Shown: positions 40,244-49,174 of the stretch, in pieces
Layout of the letters: the number at the start of each line of letters is the position of its first letter
Position numbering within the stretch: position 1 is the stretch's first letter
From: Bacteroidales bacterium UBA4814
GTDB taxonomy: Bacteria > Bacteroidota > Bacteroidia > Bacteroidales > UBA7960
Direction: 5' to 3'
Length of the DNA: 64,000 bases
NCBI GenBank assembly: GCA_002402465.1
Contig: DHFW01000004.1
Coordinates: forward strand, 19,772 to 83,771
Made by a program: the position numbers and the translations under genes
Notes under the pieces: model-generated
The model's input: the letters and a program-made list of their open reading frames with translations, nothing else
Told to the model about the DNA's origin: nothing
The model's database searches: none

Positions 40244-42637
40244 ATGAAAAAACTATTTTCCGTAATATTTTTACTCACGGCCTTGTCGCTCAGTGCTCAA
40301 ACGGCGTTGATTGATCGCTATGAGTATTGGTTCAACCAGCAGGTCGATGCCAGGGTTACCGTAAACCTGGCGCCTGTTCAGCAGGCCGGGGTGCAGTTTT
40401 CACTGAGTACCGCCGAATTGCCCGAGGGTTTGAACAGCTTCACCATTCGCTTTCGCGATACCGAAGGCTCATGGTCGGCTCCCCTCACCCGCTTTTTTGT
40501 AAAAACGCCTGTGATTGAGAGTGGTGGAACCCAGCATCAAATTGTGGCTTGGGAATACCATTTCAATCAACAAGAAATGGTATTTCAAAATCTAACACCA
40601 GCCGCTTCGATAACCATCGAACAAATGATCAGCGCCGCTGCATTACCCGATGGGCTTAATACCATATCCATGCGGTTTAAGGACAACACGGGCGCCTGGT
40701 CGTCGATGCTCACCCGCTTTTTTGTAAAAATGCCAAAAGCACAAAATGGAGGAGAAGAAAAACAAATCGTCGGTTACGAATACCGTTTCAACCAGGGCGA
40801 AACCATATGGCAAGGAGTTACTCCGGGAACTACCGTAAACATTAGTGAAATTTACGATGTGCAAGGGTTGCCTGATGGACTTAACACTTTTTCCATAAGG
40901 TTTAAAGATGACGCCGGGGCCTGGTCGTCGATGCTCAGCCGCTTTTTTGTTAAGATGCCGGCGATTGAACAGCAGGGAGAAACTGTCGCAATAAGCGCAT
41001 ACCAGGTTTGGTTCAACAATGATTCTGCTTCCCTGCAGGAAACCAGCGTTACCGACCAAACCACTTACAGCCTGGTCCAGACCCTTGATGCCAGCACATT
41101 ACCCGACGGCCTTAACACGGTCAGCATCCGGTTCAGGGATAACCGCGGGCATTGGAGCAGCGCCCTGAGCCGCTTCTTTGTGAAGCTCCCCACAATGCAA
41201 GGCACTGAAAACAATCTGATGACCGCTTATGAATACTGGCTCGAAGATGCCGAAGGCAACCTTTTCAACGAACTGGGAACAGAAGGCCGTACCCTGGTAG
41301 AACTGGATGAGCCCGAGAATCCACTTTTACTCGAACTTAACCTCGACCTGCGCAGAATACCGCATGGCGATTATTTCCTGATGTTTCGCTTTCTCGACAC
41401 CAGGGGCTTTTGGAGCAGCGTGCTGACCAGCGAAATTGAGAAAAATGCCCAGCCATTTGCCTATTTCGAAACGGAGCAAACCACATTTTGCGGATCGGGC
41501 CTGATTACCCTGAGCAACTTCAGCGTTGACGCCGACCAGTTTGCCTGGAGTATCAACGGAGAATTAGTCAGCAGCGAGACAGAGCTGGTCGATTTTCCGC
41601 TCAGTGAACCGGGCCTTTACAGCGTTTCGCTCACGGCTACCTGGTCTGAAACCGGCGAATCCCACACCTACACCATCGATAACCTTTTCGAAGTGTATGC
41701 GCTTCCGGAAGTACAAATTCAGATTGAAGGCGAACTTGAATTTTGTCAGGGTGGTTCGGTAGTCTTGTCGTCGAGCCTGGCAGGCGTCTATCTTTGGACC
41801 ACAGGTGAAACCACGGCACAGATAACCGTTGCGGAAACAGGCAGCTATGGATTGCAATTTACCGATGCCAACCAATGCACCGTGGAGGTGCCCGAAGTAA
41901 GCATCACAGTGTTTGAGTTGCCCAATGCGCAGGTACTTTTGCCTGAAAATGAGCCATGGTGCGATGGGGATGAGATAGTCATCCTGGCCTATTCTGATGG
42001 CAGCAACAACAGCTACCTGTGGTCAACCGGTGAAACCACACCAGAGATCACGGTAAACCAATCGGGCAGTTTCTGGGTGCAGGTAACCGATCCAAACCAG
42101 TGCACTGCGCAAAGCGAAACCGCCGAGGTGGTTTTTCATCCCCTGCCTGAGCCAACGTTCTCGTTTGAAGTGAACAACTACCTGGTAAGTTTCAGCAATA
42201 CAAGCCAAGGGGCAGTGAGCTATAACTGGGACTTTGGCGATGGCTCTCATTCCATTGAAGCCAACCCCCAGCATCAATACAGTTCGGCCGGGGCATTCAC
42301 CATTTGCCTCACCGCTAATTCAGAAGCAGGCTGCGAAGAAACCAATTGCCAAAGCATGAGCATTACCGTAGGCATTAATCAGCCTTCAATGCTTGGCGCC
42401 GAAAAAGTTTACCCTGTTCCATTCGACTATTATCTCAATATAAGCCTGCCCGACGGGCACCAGTGGCAGGTGGTACAGGTAATTTCCCTTTCGGGAAAGG
42501 TGATTAAGCGCATGGAAGCGCCACAAGGCGAAGGATTGCTGTATCTGCCTACGGGGCAATGGGAACCTGGTATTTACCTGATACTATTAACTTCGCAGGC
42601 CGGGGAGAAACTAACATTAAAAGCAATAAAATACTGA
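40244..42637 (+). CDS. T9SS type A CTD protein with five N-terminal Ig-like repeats, PKD and SprB-like domains
   Basis: Signal peptide ...LSA-Q; five YEY.FN...LPDGLN...RFKD..G.WS repeats; two YLW.TGETT..ITV repeats; YNWDFGDG PKD motif; CTD with VYPVPF...SLSGK...GIYLI...KAIKY. Confidence 0.85.
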   Translation: MKKLFSVIFLLTALSLSAQTALIDRYEYWFNQQVDARVTVNLAPVQQAGVQFSLSTAELPEGLNSFTIRFRDTEGSWSAPLTRFFVKTPVIESGGTQHQIVAWEYHFNQQEMVFQNLTPAASITIEQMISAAALPDGLNTISMRFKDNTGAWSSMLTRFFVKMPKAQNGGEEKQIVGYEYRFNQGETIWQGVTPGTTVNISEIYDVQGLPDGLNTFSIRFKDDAGAWSSMLSRFFVKMPAIEQQGETVAISAYQVWFNNDSASLQETSVTDQTTYSLVQTLDASTLPDGLNTVSIRFRDNRGHWSSALSRFFVKLPTMQGTENNLMTAYEYWLEDAEGNLFNELGTEGRTLVELDEPENPLLLELNLDLRRIPHGDYFLMFRFLDTRGFWSSVLTSEIEKNAQPFAYFETEQTTFCGSGLITLSNFSVDADQFAWSINGELVSSETELVDFPLSEPGLYSVSLTATWSETGESHTYTIDNLFEVYALPEVQIQIEGELEFCQGGSVVLSSSLAGVYLWTTGETTAQITVAETGSYGLQFTDANQCTVEVPEVSITVFELPNAQVLLPENEPWCDGDEIVILAYSDGSNNSYLWSTGETTPEITVNQSGSFWVQVTDPNQCTAQSETAEVVFHPLPEPTFSFEVNNYLVSFSNTSQGAVSYNWDFGDGSHSIEANPQHQYSSAGAFTICLTANSEAGCEETNCQSMSITVGINQPSMLGAEKVYPVPFDYYLNISLPDGHQWQVVQVISLSGKVIKRMEAPQGEGLLYLPTGQWEPGIYLILLTSQAGEKLTLKAIKY
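40310..41443 (+). repeat. Five ~65-75 aa intragenic repeats (four conserved, the fifth divergent)
   Basis: LPEGLNSFTIRFRDTEGSWSAPLTRFFVK / LPDGLNTISMRFKDNTGAWSSMLTRFFVK / LPDGLNTFSIRFKDDAGAWSSMLSRFFVK / LPDGLNTVSIRFRDNRGHWSSALSRFFVK / IPHGDYFLMFRFLDTRGFWSSVLTSEIEK. Confidence 0.9.
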
Positions 42638-42653
42638 TCATTAACTCATTGAC

Positions 42654-42684
42654 AAAAAGCCGGGGTGATACTCCGGCTTTTTTT
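42654..42684 (+). terminator. Intrinsic terminator closing the beta-helix/scaffold operon
   Basis: AAAAAGCCGGGGT-GAT-ACTCCGGCTTTTTTT. Confidence 0.8.
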
Positions 42685-42738
42685 GCGAAAAATCAGCATG
42701 TTTTTTTACATTTGTCTGCACACTACCAAGGCCAACCC

Positions 42739-43839
42739 ATGTTTAAGCCCTCCATCCGTTACCAGCCCGAAAAAATTCGCCGACAGGCAACCGACATCAT
42801 GCAGAGTCCTTATTTCCCGCAACTGCTGGAAGATGTTCCTGTGGTGCTGCTTATCATTAACGATGCAAGGCAGGTGGTGTATGTAAACAAAGACCTGCTG
42901 GCCGAAGCAGGTGCGAAAACCAGGGAGGCGATTCTTGGTATACGTCCGGGCGAATGCCTGGAGTGCGTTCATGCATTGGAGGGAAAATATGGCTGCGGGT
43001 CGACGGCCTACTGTAGAGTCTGCGGATTGGCCAATACGGTAGAACTGAGTGAGGGTGGGCAAAACGGGATGGGCGAATGCGTAATTGCCCTGAAAGATGG
43101 AGAGTCATTAACGCTCAAAGTTCACACTAAGCCCTTCAGGTATGGGGAGGAAAATTTTGTATTTGTGGCCATTGAAGACATCAGCGACCGCAAAGCCCGT
43201 ATGATGCTCGAAAGCATTTTTCTGCACGACCTGAAAAACACCTCGGCCATACTCTCGGGCTTGCAGGAAGTGTATGAAGAATTGGATGCTGAAGAAACCA
43301 AAAGGATACTGAAAGATGTATCCGTAAGAATTGACGAGGAGATACAAGCCTACCAACTGATTACCTCGGCCGAAAACAAGGAGTTATTGGTCAGACCGGC
43401 GCCGGTTCAGCTCGATGAACTCATCAGCGAAATTATTACCTCGCTGCAATTCCAGCAAAGGTTCAGGCAAAAACAAATCAGGTATGCTGCCTGTGGAAAA
43501 GTGCTTCGCACCGACAAAACCCTTTTGCGGCAGGTACTGATAAACATGCTGAAAAACGCCCTTGAGGCTGGCCCGGAGCAAGATACCGTAGAGATTGGAT
43601 GCCATAGTAATGACCAAGACAAAGCCATAAGCATTTTCGTGAAAAACCAGCAAGTCATGCCCCTGCAAGTGAAATTGCAAATCTTTCAAAAATCTTTCTC
43701 CACCAAAGGCCGGGGCCGGGGCTGGGGTACCTACAGCATTAAGCTGCTTACCGAAAAATACCTAAAAGGCAAGGCAGACTTTATTTCAGACAATAAGGTT
43801 GGAACAATATTTTCAATTATCTTACCCGACAAGCAATAA
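42739..43839 (+). CDS. Soluble sensor histidine kinase with a Cys-rich PAS-like N-terminus
   Basis: H-box FLHDLKN, N-box NMLKNALEA, FSTKGRGRGWGTY; no TM segment; TACATTTG -7 element at 42707-42714. Confidence 0.85.
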   Translation: MFKPSIRYQPEKIRRQATDIMQSPYFPQLLEDVPVVLLIINDARQVVYVNKDLLAEAGAKTREAILGIRPGECLECVHALEGKYGCGSTAYCRVCGLANTVELSEGGQNGMGECVIALKDGESLTLKVHTKPFRYGEENFVFVAIEDISDRKARMMLESIFLHDLKNTSAILSGLQEVYEELDAEETKRILKDVSVRIDEEIQAYQLITSAENKELLVRPAPVQLDELISEIITSLQFQQRFRQKQIRYAACGKVLRTDKTLLRQVLINMLKNALEAGPEQDTVEIGCHSNDQDKAISIFVKNQQVMPLQVKLQIFQKSFSTKGRGRGWGTYSIKLLTEKYLKGKADFISDNKVGTIFSIILPDKQ

Positions 43840-44082
43840 CATTGCTCACCCTGGTTCGTAAACATTTTTTCCGGAATATTTAATTTGCCAGCAGCATTTC
43901 CTTTGAAATAGTTAGGACTTTGCTGCCAATTCCCGAATTTTTATTACTTTAGAAAACGGTTTCCCAAAAATTTGGCATCGATCACAAAGTTGTCTGTTGA
44001 TTTTTCCTTTTATAGAGAATCATTCTTGGACAGATACAATATAGCCCTATTTATCAGTTTATTAACCAAAAATGCCAAACCT

Positions 44083-44523
44083 ATGAAGAACGATCTGAAA
44101 AACCTGGGGAACCCCATTCCCATGCACAGATTTACCGTGCTAATTTATGCCATCCTGGCCGGATTTCTGTTTTTCTCATGCGGACCCAGCAAGGAAGAAA
44201 AGGCCAAAATGGAGAAATTAAAGGAAGTGAAGAAAACCGTTACCGCTGAGCTCGAAAAGGTTAATTTCGACATTTCAGAGCGCATTGCCTACCTTGAAAC
44301 CGAAATTGCTGCAGCAACCGGAGACCTGAAAACAGAGCTGGAAGACGCAAAAAAAGTGCTTATTGAACAGCAAAACCTGGTTGTTCAGGAAATGAACAAT
44401 ATTAAGGATTGCTGTATTGACGAATGGGACGACAGGGTAAAAAAGACCTCTGAAAACCTGAAGGCCATTCGTGCCAAAACCAACGAAACTTCTAAAAAGG
44501 TAAGAGAGTTGCTCGATGATTAG
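44083..44523 (+). CDS. Hypothetical coiled-coil lipoprotein
   Basis: Hydrophobic stretch with lipobox FFSC, followed by Lys/Glu-rich heptad-like helices. Confidence 0.6.
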   Translation: MKNDLKNLGNPIPMHRFTVLIYAILAGFLFFSCGPSKEEKAKMEKLKEVKKTVTAELEKVNFDISERIAYLETEIAAATGDLKTELEDAKKVLIEQQNLVVQEMNNIKDCCIDEWDDRVKKTSENLKAIRAKTNETSKKVRELLDD

Positions 44524-44549
44524 ATGATTAAGACCCTGAACGGTCGAAC

Positions 44550-45311
44550 CTAAGTTTTATTAAAACTTTTCAATTGCAAGTCCTTTCCGTCAAACACGGC
44601 ATAGGTGAACTGTGTGACCCAGTCGCCGGTGTTGATGTAACGCACATTCTCACTAACTTTTATTTCGAGCGGCAGGTGGCGGTGCCCAAACACAAAATAG
44701 TCATAGTGTTTTTTCTGCAGCATATCCTTGCAGAAAGCGATCAGCCGCTCTTTCTCCTCGCCCAGGAAAACCTCATCGGCGGCCATATTGGCAATACGGC
44801 TCTTGCGCGAAAAATAGAGCGCCAGTCCCGTGCCTAATCCCGGATGCAAAAAGGAAAACATTTTCTGATTAAAACGTGAAGTAAAAACCTTTTTAAGAAA
44901 TTTATACCCGTTGTCGCCGGGGCCCAGCCCATCGCCGTGGCCAATAAAAAAACTCTTGCCGTTGTAGGTCTTTTCAACAGGCTCCCGAAAAAGTTGCACG
45001 CCCAGCTCTTTCTCAAAGTAGCCGAATGCCCAAAGGTCGTGGTTGCCTGTAAAATAATATACCGGCAAGCCGCTATCAGTTAGTTCAGCGATTTTTCCGA
45101 AAAGGCGTACAAATCCTTTCGGAACCACGGTGCGGTATTCGAACCAAAAGTCGAATATATCACCAAGCAAATAAATTTCGGCCGCATCGTGTTTCACAGT
45201 ATCCAGCCATTTTACCAGCAACTTTTCGCGTTCCAGGCTCCGGGCATGCGAAGGCACGCCCAAGTGGCTGTCGGAAACAAAATATATCTTTTGGCCGGGC
45301 TTAAGTTCCAT
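44550..45311 (-). CDS. lpxH: UDP-2,3-diacylglucosamine diphosphatase (LpxH-like metallophosphoesterase)
   Basis: SDSHLG, GDIFDFWFE, GNHD, HGDGLG, GHRH and NTGDW motifs; TATCTTTG at 45338-45345 (minus strand). Confidence 0.85.
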   Translation of the reverse strand: MELKPGQKIYFVSDSHLGVPSHARSLEREKLLVKWLDTVKHDAAEIYLLGDIFDFWFEYRTVVPKGFVRLFGKIAELTDSGLPVYYFTGNHDLWAFGYFEKELGVQLFREPVEKTYNGKSFFIGHGDGLGPGDNGYKFLKKVFTSRFNQKMFSFLHPGLGTGLALYFSRKSRIANMAADEVFLGEEKERLIAFCKDMLQKKHYDYFVFGHRHLPLEIKVSENVRYINTGDWVTQFTYAVFDGKDLQLKSFNKT

Positions 45312-45483
45312 AAAGTCAGGTTTTGGGCTTTAAAAGGCAAAGATATGCATTCATTAAAAGCATTTTCCCCGCAAGGGTGATTATTTAATTTTTTACCGGC
45401 AATAGCCGAAATCTTTAGGTAGAAAGCTGCAGATGTTGTATTTTTATAAAAAATTGAATAACCATCACCAAGCAGGGAAAAAA

Positions 45484-46071
45484 ATGGAAAAACTGTTAAA
45501 TGATCTGAAAGCCCTTGCCGGGAAAAAAATTGAGCCTAACCTGGTAAGGAAAACCATCCTCAAGCACGATATTAAAAAACTCGAGTATGCAGATTACATT
45601 AAAGGCGCAGACTTCACTACCTACAATCGCATCCCTTTGTTTGAGGAGCCGCTGCAGGCCTTTATCATGATTCGGCCGCCACAGCACAGCCTGCCCATTC
45701 ATCATCACAACAATTTCTGGGGTTTCATCGTGCCCCTTCAGGGGGTGGTGGCCGAAACGGTTTACAACTACGATGCCCCCAAGCATAAGGTTTTTATTCA
45801 TCCCACCAAGACGTTCAGCAAGGGCGAATATATATATGAGCCATTCAACGTGCTGCACAAGCTGCAGAACAACTCGCCACTTGAGCCCGCCATTACCTTT
45901 CACGTGCGCTACCCCAGCGTTTACAATTATACCGGCACCATGATCATCGATGCCAAGAACCGCCGCCTGGCCATACTCAGCGATAAGGCTACTGAAGTAG
46001 GCTGGGATCTGCCCGAAGATCATTACCAGAAAGTAATGGAAAACGCCTACGAACTGGAAAAACTCTGGTAA
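45484..46071 (+). CDS. Cysteine dioxygenase-like cupin
   Basis: YNRIPL (compare YTR), PIHHH, E..Y, LHKLQN and TFHVRYP follow the thiol dioxygenase motif order. Confidence 0.6.
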   Translation: MEKLLNDLKALAGKKIEPNLVRKTILKHDIKKLEYADYIKGADFTTYNRIPLFEEPLQAFIMIRPPQHSLPIHHHNNFWGFIVPLQGVVAETVYNYDAPKHKVFIHPTKTFSKGEYIYEPFNVLHKLQNNSPLEPAITFHVRYPSVYNYTGTMIIDAKNRRLAILSDKATEVGWDLPEDHYQKVMENAYELEKLW

Positions 46072-46089
46072 GCCAGGGGGTTCTCACCA

Positions 46090-49000
46090 TTACAGCATTC
46101 GAAGGTCTCTGAAACGCAGGTCGCGTAGAAACCGAAATGGGTTTGTTCGATCGAGGTAGAGCGAAAATGTTACCCGCTGAATGTACTTATCGAAGGCAAA
46201 GCCTGCCACCTGCTCAATGTCGGACGACACTGCCAGGGGGAAATTTACCTCCAGTATCCCCTCAATAGGCACCACCTGAATTCCCAGCACCCAGCTAAAC
46301 TTTTGGGAGCCATTGAAAGCATTTGCCGCACCTGCATAGGTTCCTGCATCGAAATATGCTTTCAGGGGCAATACCGGAAAATCGGCCTTTACGTTCACGG
46401 CCATTAGCCAGTCCCAGGTCTGCCCTACTGATGTTGGAAACTTAAACCCGCCATCGGCCTCCACCATCTGGTTACCCAGAAAAGTGCCCGCCGCCTCATT
46501 ACGCCCCAGCAAAGTATTTCTAAAGCTATAGTCGTGTACACCACGATGCCCGCTCATGCGGAAACGGTAGTCGACCAGGCTGTTTTGCTGCGGGCTCTTC
46601 AGGAAGGTGCCGCCAAAAAACCGAAAGCCCACCCCGCGATGCAGTTTTTTGTAGTGCAAAAAGAATTTTGCTTGTCCCGTGGCTTTCACAAACTGCTCGC
46701 CTTGCTCCACGCCCAACTTAAAGGAATAGGGATTGATCACCCGGTTTTGGGCAAAGTTTAACCCAATTTCATTCAGCAGGTAGCTTTTCCCGGCAGCCCG
46801 CACTTGTCCACCGGCAACCACCGGAAAATTCCTTTCCACCCAGTTGCTCCTGAAAAAGAATCTCCGCTCGATGGTGCTGGCGGCATGGGGCTCATTCAGC
46901 TCCGCCTCAGCCGAGGCTTCCAGGCGGTTGTAGCTCCAGCCCTTGTTTCCGGGCGTAAAGGCATATCGTTGGGCCAGCATGCCCAGTCGTATGTTTTGCA
47001 TGGGGCCCCTTTCGGGAAAAAAAGAGCGGTAAGCCCATGCCGTACCTGCCAGGCGGTCGTTGGCAGTGCCATACATAGGCATGAAAAACAACTCCGTAGG
47101 TCGCGAAGGAAACACATAATTGTAAAACGCCATTCCGGCCATAACCCCGTCGTAGTTATTCCAGCCCAGCAATGGCACGTAATAAATGCTTGTTTTTTCA
47201 GGGTTTTCTACGCTGGCCAGCAGTTGCAACTCCACCGGGTTTAAGCGTGGAAGCATCTTGCCCGGCCAGTAGTTATTATTGCTGCGATTAATATCAGGCA
47301 TCACCCGTTGGTGGTCAATCTGAATCAAATCATAATCTCCTTTCGGGAAAAGAAGGTTTTGGCTGCCCTCGAAACCTTCAAACCACACGGTAATCACCTC
47401 TTCCCCTCCTTTTATCCCCGAAAGGGAAAAAGGCGAAGCAATGGCTCCTTTGTTGCTCACCTGCACATTCAGGAAGTTGGGGTCACCTTCATCGACCGAG
47501 GCAAGGGCATAGTCAATCTTTTTGTTGGTGCCTGCCACCTCCTCAAAAAACCACGAAAGGTCGCGCCCGCTAACCTCCTCAAAAGCCGCTCTAAGCTGCT
47601 CCGGGCCCGGATGGCGGAAAGCCCAGTCTCCTGCAAAGGTTTTGATAGCCTGATCAAAGACCTCCCTTCCCAGGTAATGTTCAAGGAATAAGAAAGCCAT
47701 GGCCGCCTTATAGTAGGTCATGGCAAAATAGTTGAGCATGGAAAAATCTTCGGAGTGCAGGTTCATGGGCTGGTCGAGATGACGGCGGGCTTTGAACAGG
47801 TACCATAGCTCTCGGTAGTTGCGGTAGTCGATATCAGAAACGTCGAAATAGTTGGCCACAGCCGTGCCCGCAAAGTTCCCGGCAAGTTTATAATCGGGAT
47901 ATTTTCGCGACATATAACGATCTTCATAAAAGGTAGTAAGACCTTCGTCGAACCAGGGATGCCTGCGTTCGTTGGTAGCTATCAACCCATAAAACCAGTT
48001 ATGAATAATCTCATGCACGATCACACGCTCCAGTTCCATGGGCGTGGCGGCGTGCCCGATAAGGGTTACCCCGGGATATTCCATACCGACGCCTGCGCTA
48101 TTGACGCCCTGCACCACCGACACAACGTCCCAGGGATACGCAAGCACTTCTTCCGACATAAACTCCAGTGCCTCAGCGGCAATGGGCACCGCCCTGATCC
48201 ACTTCGAAGCATCGGTATTAAAGTAGGCACCTGCTGTTACTATGTTTTCGCTTCCTGGTATTTTAAAATCCGCACGCAGCACATAATAGCGTTTATCAGC
48301 AAACCAGGCAAAATCGTGCACATTATCCTGCTGCAGATGAATGGTTTTCAGTTTTGGGTCAGAAGGTGGAAAAAGCAGACGGGAGGGCATATTCTCAGGC
48401 CCTCCCAACAGGTAGGTTTCAACCGAAAGTTTATTCAGCCATTCTTCCTCGGCCGGGGTCATAACCCTGCCGCCCGAGGCGACCACATAATTGGCCGGAA
48501 GGGTCAGGAACACATCCACCTGCCCGAAACTCGAATAGAATTCTCCAATATTCAGGTACGGCATGGGATGCCAGCCCTCCTGATCATAAACGGCGGGTTT
48601 GGGATACCATTGCGTGGCATAGTAAGCCTGCCCGGCATGCCCGAGGCGCGAAAAGCGGGCGTCGGGAAACTTCATACGGAAAGGGGTACTTATATTTATA
48701 GTTTCACCGGGCTTTAAAGGCTCGTTGAGATAAATCAGTCCAATATCAGGGTGGACCTCATCCAGCTGCCATGCCACCTGGCGGTCGTTAACCCGGAAAT
48801 CGAGGCTATCGATAAAACCTAGCTCGTGCTCGCGTGCATAATGGAAATCAGTGTTTCCGTGCAGCAACATCTGTTTGGCAAAAGCGGTTTGGCGCGAGGA
48901 GTATGCGTTGGGCCACAGGTGCATGTATATCAGGCCAAGTGTGTCGGAGCTATTGTTGGTGTAAGTAGTGGTAATGTGTGCGTGCAGCAGGTGGTTCGTA

Positions 49001-49137
49001 TCGTCGAGACGCGCATGAATCTGGTGGTCGGCCCGCTGTTCAAAATGGGCACTTTCCACTCCTTTGGAAAAAGATGGGGCAACAAAAAAAGGAAAGATTA
49101 TAGAAAGAAACAGTAAAAAGCGAAACATCATAGGCAT
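46090..49137 (-). CDS. M1 family zinc aminopeptidase with a long C-terminal extension
   Basis: Signal peptide; HLWPNAY, QWYPK, VHDFAW, GMEYP, HEIIHNW..WFDEG and YYKA motifs; TACATTTG at 49155-49162 (minus strand). Confidence 0.85.
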   Translation of the reverse strand: MPMMFRFLLFLSIIFPFFVAPSFSKGVESAHFEQRADHQIHARLDDTNHLLHAHITTTYTNNSSDTLGLIYMHLWPNAYSSRQTAFAKQMLLHGNTDFHYAREHELGFIDSLDFRVNDRQVAWQLDEVHPDIGLIYLNEPLKPGETINISTPFRMKFPDARFSRLGHAGQAYYATQWYPKPAVYDQEGWHPMPYLNIGEFYSSFGQVDVFLTLPANYVVASGGRVMTPAEEEWLNKLSVETYLLGGPENMPSRLLFPPSDPKLKTIHLQQDNVHDFAWFADKRYYVLRADFKIPGSENIVTAGAYFNTDASKWIRAVPIAAEALEFMSEEVLAYPWDVVSVVQGVNSAGVGMEYPGVTLIGHAATPMELERVIVHEIIHNWFYGLIATNERRHPWFDEGLTTFYEDRYMSRKYPDYKLAGNFAGTAVANYFDVSDIDYRNYRELWYLFKARRHLDQPMNLHSEDFSMLNYFAMTYYKAAMAFLFLEHYLGREVFDQAIKTFAGDWAFRHPGPEQLRAAFEEVSGRDLSWFFEEVAGTNKKIDYALASVDEGDPNFLNVQVSNKGAIASPFSLSGIKGGEEVITVWFEGFEGSQNLLFPKGDYDLIQIDHQRVMPDINRSNNNYWPGKMLPRLNPVELQLLASVENPEKTSIYYVPLLGWNNYDGVMAGMAFYNYVFPSRPTELFFMPMYGTANDRLAGTAWAYRSFFPERGPMQNIRLGMLAQRYAFTPGNKGWSYNRLEASAEAELNEPHAASTIERRFFFRSNWVERNFPVVAGGQVRAAGKSYLLNEIGLNFAQNRVINPYSFKLGVEQGEQFVKATGQAKFFLHYKKLHRGVGFRFFGGTFLKSPQQNSLVDYRFRMSGHRGVHDYSFRNTLLGRNEAAGTFLGNQMVEADGGFKFPTSVGQTWDWLMAVNVKADFPVLPLKAYFDAGTYAGAANAFNGSQKFSWVLGIQVVPIEGILEVNFPLAVSSDIEQVAGFAFDKYIQRVTFSLYLDRTNPFRFLRDLRFRDLRML

Positions 49138-49174
49138 TGTCGCAAAGAATGCGACAAATGTAACCACAAAACTT

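Noticed and set aside
40310-41443. Repeats considered as a CRISPR array or a diversity-generating retroelement TR/VR pair
   Set aside because: They are in-frame protein repeats with synonymous divergence; there are no fixed repeat-spacer units, cas genes or reverse transcriptase in the window.
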